Assembly (NCBI GenBank): GCA_045046715.1
Contig: JASFZA010000007.1
Location: forward strand, 14,945-78,944
Source: Candidatus Izemoplasma sp.
GTDB taxonomy: Bacteria > Bacillota_I > Bacilli_A > Izemoplasmatales > Izemoplasmataceae
DNA: 64,000 nt
Direction of reading: 5' to 3'
Both the position numbers and the translations under genes were made by a program. Below, piece by piece: positions 59,537 to 64,000 of this stretch. Below the pieces are notes generated by a model. The model had not been told where the DNA came from. It was given only the letters and a program-made list of their open reading frames with translations, and made no database searches. The number at the start of each line of letters is the position of its first letter. Position 1 is the first letter of the stretch.

Positions 59537-60550
59537 ATGTCTAACATTATTAAAACCCAACAAGATATCAATCTTGTGGTAAATTCCATTTCATGTATTA
59601 GAGAACTTAATTCTATTAAAGTCTTTTTACACAAAAAAGCTATTTCCAGCCAAATCGAAAAATTTTTGATGATAAAAAAATTAGATCATCCTCAAAATAT
59701 AGAATGGCTTACCAATCTCATATTATTTAAAAGTTTCGCTTCCATCAAAAACAAATACTTATTTTGTAATCAATTAATGGAACCTAACACCTTATTACCT
59801 AACATTAATATTTTAAAAAATCGAAATTTAGTTTTAGATGATAATATTTCTATAGCTTTGAATCCAGTGTTTCATGATATTAAAGAAGATATTATGAATA
59901 AAACAGATTTTCAAGGATTAGGTACGGCTAATATCGGTAAAGGTGAAGTATTTTTCCTCTTATTAAGCCAGAACGTTCAGAAGGGACGTTCTGGCGATTT
60001 ACTGATAGATTCATATAATATAGAAGTTAAAGGACAGTGTGCTGGTGCTCGCGGCCAAAAGGGATATAACTCTCCTAATAATGTAGGCCCTATTAAAATT
60101 TTTGAAGAGTATTTAAACTTAACTTTAGATACAAGAAGAATGGGCTTTGTACAATATCAAAATTTTAATAAAGCTCTACTGAAATCTTACAATTGTAATA
60201 ATTTAAAGAATTCTTTGGTACAATGTTTAGATAGTTTTTTTAGTAAGATGTATACTAATTCTTTAATATACAATAATATTAAAAATACATATTTACCTAA
60301 AATGGTTAATGATCAAGGGTTATTGCACTCTAAAAGTATTATATATTTAACAGCTCTTCAAATTGAATATTATATGAAAATAGAATCTATTGATTCAATC
60401 TTATTTTTAAACCCTAAAACTTTTAAATCAATTAGAATTGATTCTTCAAAAGAATTTATTAAATATCATGAACATTTTAAAATTTCTCAATTTGCTTGGA
60501 CCGGAACTGGTACAAGAACTAGTGTTAATCCTATTTCATATTTAGGCTAG
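59537..60550 (+). CDS. hypothetical protein with PD-(D/E)xK nuclease-like core (337 aa)
   Basis: NIGKGEVFFLLL...SGDLLIDSYNIEVKG (GKGE, D...E-x-K arrangement). Confidence 0.4.
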   Translation: MSNIIKTQQDINLVVNSISCIRELNSIKVFLHKKAISSQIEKFLMIKKLDHPQNIEWLTNLILFKSFASIKNKYLFCNQLMEPNTLLPNINILKNRNLVLDDNISIALNPVFHDIKEDIMNKTDFQGLGTANIGKGEVFFLLLSQNVQKGRSGDLLIDSYNIEVKGQCAGARGQKGYNSPNNVGPIKIFEEYLNLTLDTRRMGFVQYQNFNKALLKSYNCNNLKNSLVQCLDSFFSKMYTNSLIYNNIKNTYLPKMVNDQGLLHSKSIIYLTALQIEYYMKIESIDSILFLNPKTFKSIRIDSSKEFIKYHEHFKISQFAWTGTGTRTSVNPISYLG

Positions 60551-60558
60551 GCTAGAAC

Positions 60559-61275
60559 TTGTATACTGTTTATAAAACTATCAACCTTGTTAATGGGAAA
60601 GTGTACATTGGAGTACATAAAACTAAAAACATTAATGATGATTATTTAGGATCGGGTTTTCTATTAACTTTAGCCATTAAGAAATATGGAAAGAGCAATT
60701 TTACTAAAAAAGTTCTAAAAGTATTTAATGGGAAAATCGCTGCTTATTCATATGAAAAGAATTTAGTTAATCAACAATTTGTAGATCTTAAAACCACTTA
60801 TAACCTAAAAATAGGAGGCTTGGGAGGTTTTATCCCTTTATATGGAGATAATCATCCGGGCTACGGTAAACATAGATCTTTAAAAACTAAAGAAAAGATT
60901 TCAAAAGCTTTATTAGGTCCTAAAAATCCTTGGTATGGAAAAAAGGGTTCTTTACATCCTAATTTTGGTAAGAAACATAGCCAAGAAGCCAAAGATAAAA
61001 TAGCTGCTTTTAATTCAGGGAAAATCCTTTCTAAAGAAACTAAAAATAAAATATCTTTGGCTTCTTCTGGAGTAAACAACTACAAAGCACAAAAAGTTTA
61101 TTTAATTTCAAGGCTAGGTAGAATAGGCTATAATTGTATTAAAGATTTAGCTATAGAAGCTAATATTCCTTATCCAACTTGTAAATATATTTTTAGAAAA
61201 TGCAAAGTAGACCAAGCTTATATCAGTCCTAAGCATAAAATACGAATTGAAAGATTTATTGTCAAGGATAAATAG
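60559..61275 (+). CDS. GIY-YIG homing endonuclease with NUMOD3 repeats (TTG start in track)
   Basis: YTVYKTINLVNGKVYIGVHKTKNINDDYLGSG; repeats GKHRSLKTKEKISKAL / GKKHSQEAKDKIAAF / SKETKNKISLAS; C-terminal HTH-like tail. Confidence 0.8.
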   Translation: MYTVYKTINLVNGKVYIGVHKTKNINDDYLGSGFLLTLAIKKYGKSNFTKKVLKVFNGKIAAYSYEKNLVNQQFVDLKTTYNLKIGGLGGFIPLYGDNHPGYGKHRSLKTKEKISKALLGPKNPWYGKKGSLHPNFGKKHSQEAKDKIAAFNSGKILSKETKNKISLASSGVNNYKAQKVYLISRLGRIGYNCIKDLAIEANIPYPTCKYIFRKCKVDQAYISPKHKIRIERFIVKDK

Positions 61276-61295
61276 TTTTTAAGTAGAGAACAAAC

Positions 61296-61427
61296 ATGAA
61301 AGAAAAATTAACGAAAATATGGGATAGTGCCTATGCTTGGTACGATTCATTAACAAACAATAGAAAAAGAACAGTTTTAGTAACCTTTGGCGTAATACTA
61401 GGCTTTATTCTTGGTAAAATCTTTTAG
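61296..61427 (+). CDS. 43-aa membrane peptide
   Basis: Hand-translated MKEKLTKIWDSAYAWYDSLTNNRKRTVLVTFGVILGFILGKIF; its stop overlaps the AGGAG RBS of the next gene. Confidence 0.4.
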   Translation: MKEKLTKIWDSAYAWYDSLTNNRKRTVLVTFGVILGFILGKIF

Positions 61428-61436
61428 GAGACATAT

Positions 61437-61658
61437 ATGATTACATCATTATTTATTTCAGTATTAGCCAAAATAGGATTAGCTCTTATTGCTTTTTTAG
61501 CTATTAGGCTTTCTTTATACGTACTCGACCAGGCTTTAGATGTTTCATTTAAAGAGTGGATCCAAGTTATGGCTAAAGACCACCCGGAAAAATTATCTTT
61601 ATATTATGGTATGCGATTAGTTGCAGTTGCTGTTTTATTCGGATTTATTTTAGGCTAG
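61437..61658 (+). CDS. two-TM membrane protein (73 aa)
   Basis: AGGAG 6 nt upstream; hydrophobic N- and C-terminal segments. Confidence 0.6.
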   Translation: MITSLFISVLAKIGLALIAFLAIRLSLYVLDQALDVSFKEWIQVMAKDHPEKLSLYYGMRLVAVAVLFGFILG

Positions 61659-61660
61659 TA

Positions 61661-61689
61661 TTTACAAACCATCGATAGTTTTATATAAT
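61661..61689 (+). promoter_or_regulatory. sigma70-type promoter (TTTACA-N17-TATAAT) upstream of thyX
   Basis: TTTACA 61661-61666, 17-nt spacer, TATAAT 61684-61689. Confidence 0.5.
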
Positions 61690-61700
61690 GTTTCTTTTAA

Positions 61701-62693
61701 ATGAGATTATCGATGACACAAATTAATTATGTAGGTAAGGGAGGAATTTCGGCTAAAATAATAGCAGATTCTATTTATGGAGAAGTTAGGCTTCCTACTC
61801 TCCAACTAAGATTTCACAGATTTATATTACCGGAATTTAATACTCATCGGGTGTTTTCTCGTAATGCCTCTAGCTCAAGAGCTATCCCAGTTAAAAAATT
61901 ATTAGAACAAGTATCTAATGACCCTGCAATACCTGTTGAATTTGGTAAAAACCAAGCTGGTATGCAATCCGCTGGACCACATAATGCTTCCATTTATCAT
62001 GAAAATGAAGAAGGCCGTGGATTTCATTTTAAAGGAGGAGATAATAATGCTTTATCTTACTGGAAATCTTTAGCAGCTAATATGCATTATGCTGTAGAAC
62101 CTTTAATAGAGGCCGGCTATCATAAACAAGTAGCTAATAGATTATCGGAACCTTTTCAATTCATTAATATAATAGTTTCATCGACAGAATGGGAAAACTT
62201 TTTTAAACTGAGGTTGCATCCAGCCGCTCAACCTGAAATTCAGGAATTAGCAAGAGTCATGAAAAAAGCTTTAGATGCTTCAACTCCTAAAAAAATGACT
62301 CCAACTGAATGGCACCTTCCATATGTTTCTAAAGAAGATGAAATTTTAATCTGGGAATATGTCGATAAAAATATGTTAAAATCTCCTATATTATTTGAAG
62401 ATGCCATATTATTAGTTTCTGCTGCGCGATGCGCGAGGGTTTCATATCTAAATCACGATAAATCAGACCCAGATATTGGCGCAGATATTAAATTAGCCAA
62501 AATGTTACATCAGATGGAACACTTATCACCATTTGAACACCAAGCCAAACCTATGAATGATCCTATTTTCTTTGATACAGATAATGATGCTATTAAGTTT
62601 TTAGAAACTAAAGGTGTTACTCACTTAGACGCAGATTGTAATTTTTGGTCAGGAAATTTTAAGAGTTGGATCCAATATAGACAAATAATGTAA
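61701..62693 (+). CDS. thyX: flavin-dependent thymidylate synthase
   Basis: ThyX signature THRVFSRNASSSRA (RHRxxSxxxxSxR-type); the true start may be the ATG at 61713. Confidence 0.85.
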   Translation: MRLSMTQINYVGKGGISAKIIADSIYGEVRLPTLQLRFHRFILPEFNTHRVFSRNASSSRAIPVKKLLEQVSNDPAIPVEFGKNQAGMQSAGPHNASIYHENEEGRGFHFKGGDNNALSYWKSLAANMHYAVEPLIEAGYHKQVANRLSEPFQFINIIVSSTEWENFFKLRLHPAAQPEIQELARVMKKALDASTPKKMTPTEWHLPYVSKEDEILIWEYVDKNMLKSPILFEDAILLVSAARCARVSYLNHDKSDPDIGADIKLAKMLHQMEHLSPFEHQAKPMNDPIFFDTDNDAIKFLETKGVTHLDADCNFWSGNFKSWIQYRQIM

Positions 62694-62710
62694 TTATATT
62701 AAAATAATTG

Positions 62711-62739
62711 TTTACTTCTACGTTAACTTGTTGTAGAAT
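62711..62739 (+). promoter_or_regulatory. sigma70-type promoter (TTTACT-N17-TAGAAT)
   Basis: TTTACT 62711-62716, 17-nt spacer, TAGAAT 62734-62739, upstream of the ATG at 62774. Confidence 0.4.
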
Positions 62740-62773
62740 AGATTCATCAATTAAATAACAACAGGAAAATATT

Positions 62774-63040
62774 ATGAAAACATTAAATTTAGCAACCCAA
62801 GAAACTATCGTTTCTACCATAAATGTAGAAATTAACCCAAGCGACTTATCTTATTCAGTAGGCAGCAATAAGGATATAGATTCAAACAATATTACATTGT
62901 TTTATCAAAAAGATGAAATCGGTAGTGGCCACTTAAACAACCGTACCAATTGGGCTCATATCAGCCTTGATGTTGAGAACCCAGATTTAGAAGATTATTT
63001 TGTTGAAGGAATAGAAGGTAGAACAATAAAACAATCTTAA
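62774..63040 (+). CDS. hypothetical protein (88 aa)
   Basis: ORF with a GGAAAA RBS-like element, followed by a terminator hairpin. Confidence 0.6.
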   Translation: MKTLNLATQETIVSTINVEINPSDLSYSVGSNKDIDSNNITLFYQKDEIGSGHLNNRTNWAHISLDVENPDLEDYFVEGIEGRTIKQS

Positions 63041-63050
63041 TAGTAATACT

Positions 63051-63081
63051 AAAAAGCCTAGAATAACAATCTAGGCTTTTT
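63051..63081. terminator. bidirectional rho-independent terminator
   Basis: AAAAAGCCTAG-aataacaat-CTAGGCTTTTT: 11-bp stem flanked by A/T runs, between convergent genes. Confidence 0.8.
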
Positions 63082-63089
63082 AGTATCTA

Positions 63090-63638
63090 TTATTTAGCTA
63101 AACTGTAAATTTGTTGTTTAGATTTACCTACAAACTTAGCAGTTGGTAACATTACAGCTAGTTCCCATTCATTTGCAGGAATCACTATAATTTTAGATTT
63201 AACATGGCCTATTAAATATCTATGAATGGTTGGAGCAATTAGTTTGCTATTAGATAGTTTATTAAGAAGATCATAAGATAGTTGTAGTTTAGTTTTAGCG
63301 TTTAAATTTTTCTTTCCATTAATCTTTAACAATTCATCCATTAAAACAGCTCTTAATCTCGGGGGTAAATAATGGAAGTTTATCCCTATCCAGCCGTCGG
63401 TATACATCCCAAAAGGCATCACCATAGGGAATAAATCGTAATGCGGCAAAGTTTCTTTGTGTTTTGGAGAATACGAGTAAGTATAAAGCTTACCTATCAC
63501 CGGCCTCGAGGCTTGTTGCTTCCTAATTCCTTTGGTAAATTCTTTTATTTTATTTTGGAACCACTTAGCGGATCTTCTCGATTGTCTAGCTATAGAACTA
63601 GTTTTTTGTTTATTTAATAATTTAACAAAAGTTGACAT
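63090..63638 (-). CDS. gp2: gp2-like DNA end protector protein
   Basis: GKLYTYSYSPKHKETLPHYDLFPMVMPFGMY..GWIGINFHYLPPRLR resembles the T4 gp2 core as recalled (..YDNPKYK..L.FFD..P...FG...G.NIHYFPP..R). Confidence 0.55.
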   Translation of the reverse strand: MSTFVKLLNKQKTSSIARQSRRSAKWFQNKIKEFTKGIRKQQASRPVIGKLYTYSYSPKHKETLPHYDLFPMVMPFGMYTDGWIGINFHYLPPRLRAVLMDELLKINGKKNLNAKTKLQLSYDLLNKLSNSKLIAPTIHRYLIGHVKSKIIVIPANEWELAVMLPTAKFVGKSKQQIYSLAK

Positions 63639-64000
63639 TTATATTCTCTCTAATCGGATGCTATATTTTGGACAAAAATACTCTGCATATTTAATAGAAT
63701 ATTTTTCAATTCTAGATAATATTTTTCTAGTAATATTTAATTTTCGAGAACATAGTTTGATTGATAAGAATTTATCGTATTTATGATTCCTATGTATAAT
63801 TTTAATTGGAGTATTATTCTGAATATTATTTATTCTACCTACGGAAAAACCTTCTGGTATTTTATTCCCTATTTTAATTCTTTTATTTATTTTTTTATTA
63901 TTGTGCCATTTAGTGTTTTTGGTTCTACCTGTATTAGTCTTAAAATATTCTTTTAAACTTTCACTCATTTTTAATTTAGTTGCTTTGGACACTTTTTTAC
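63639..64000 (-). CDS. C-terminal part of a homing endonuclease (NUMOD3 plus HTH tail); N-terminus beyond the window
   Basis: Frame open to the right edge. KATKLKMSESLKEYF NUMOD3-like motif. The tail ...KYSIRLERI parallels the C-terminus of 60559..61275 (...KHKIRIERF). Confidence 0.6.
   Translation of the reverse strand, partial: KKVSKATKLKMSESLKEYFKTNTGRTKNTKWHNNKKINKRIKIGNKIPEGFSVGRINNIQNNTPIKIIHRNHKYDKFLSIKLCSRKLNITRKILSRIEKYSIKYAEYFCPKYSIRLERI

Noticed and set aside
63-63786. About 38 track ORFs of 60-155 aa lying antisense to longer motif-bearing genes (e.g. 63..338+, 1797..2018+, 6153..6488+, 13311..13640+, 14466..14726+, 17064..17246+, 19562..19789+, 22681..22890+, 25554..25790+, 31898..32128+, 34353..34820+, 38292..38573+, 38860..39171+, 45683..45913+, 52098..52427-, 52602..52799-, 56506..57056-, 57973..58203-, 58897..59154-, 60861..61079-, 63532..63786+)
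   Set aside because: Each is fully embedded in the opposite strand of a gene with clear family motifs or operon coupling. Their sequences are low-complexity (S/L/I/F-rich), as expected for antisense reading of AT-rich coding DNA.

Overview
This is an AT-rich segment (roughly 30% G+C by eye) of a T4-like (Straboviridae-type) myovirus genome. All calls come from reading the sequence and the ORF track and from remembered family motifs. No similarity search or RNA-folding program was run.

Layout:
- 0-13 kb, minus strand: an accessory island with about 21 tRNA genes in several sub-clusters. They are interleaved with small ORFs, GIY-YIG and HNH homing-endonuclease genes, and ORF-free structured spacers.
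- 13-48.8 kb, minus strand: the replication, recombination and nucleotide-metabolism module, with recognisable T4 homologues. These are DNA ligase, RNase H, topoisomerase II subunits, dCMP deaminase, a gp42-like dCMP hydroxymethylase, dUTPase, NrdA/NrdB, primase gp61, helicase gp41, UvsX, DNA polymerase gp43, dNMP kinase gp1, RegA, clamp loader gp62/gp44, clamp gp45, gp46/gp47 and late sigma factor gp55.
- 49.3-58 kb, plus strand: late genes, including a 1959-aa fibre/baseplate-like protein and a tail fibre with a C-terminal S74-type intramolecular chaperone domain.
- 58-64 kb: accessory genes (lipoprotein, GNAT, nuclease-like protein, GIY-YIG endonuclease, ThyX, gp2-like protein).

Most notable observations:
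1. A complete tRNA gene lies exactly inside the anticodon loop of a second, dimensionally perfect cloverleaf (12090-12244).
2. A translationally coupled island (19.8-25.8 kb) combines a cytosine-type pyrimidine hydroxymethylase with a self-contained NDP-pentose pathway (isomerase, phosphatase, kinase, nucleotidyltransferase) and an orphan 301-aa protein. This suggests glycosylated hydroxymethylcytosine DNA.
3. A ligase-like, pol-beta NTase and HxGH-NTase cassette lies at 26.7-29.5 kb.
4. A small Tat-signal protein carries a copy of the conserved gp23 Gol-region capsid motif.
5. The DNA polymerase gene encodes its ExoI motif upstream of any canonical start codon and is in frame with the upstream gene across a single TAG.
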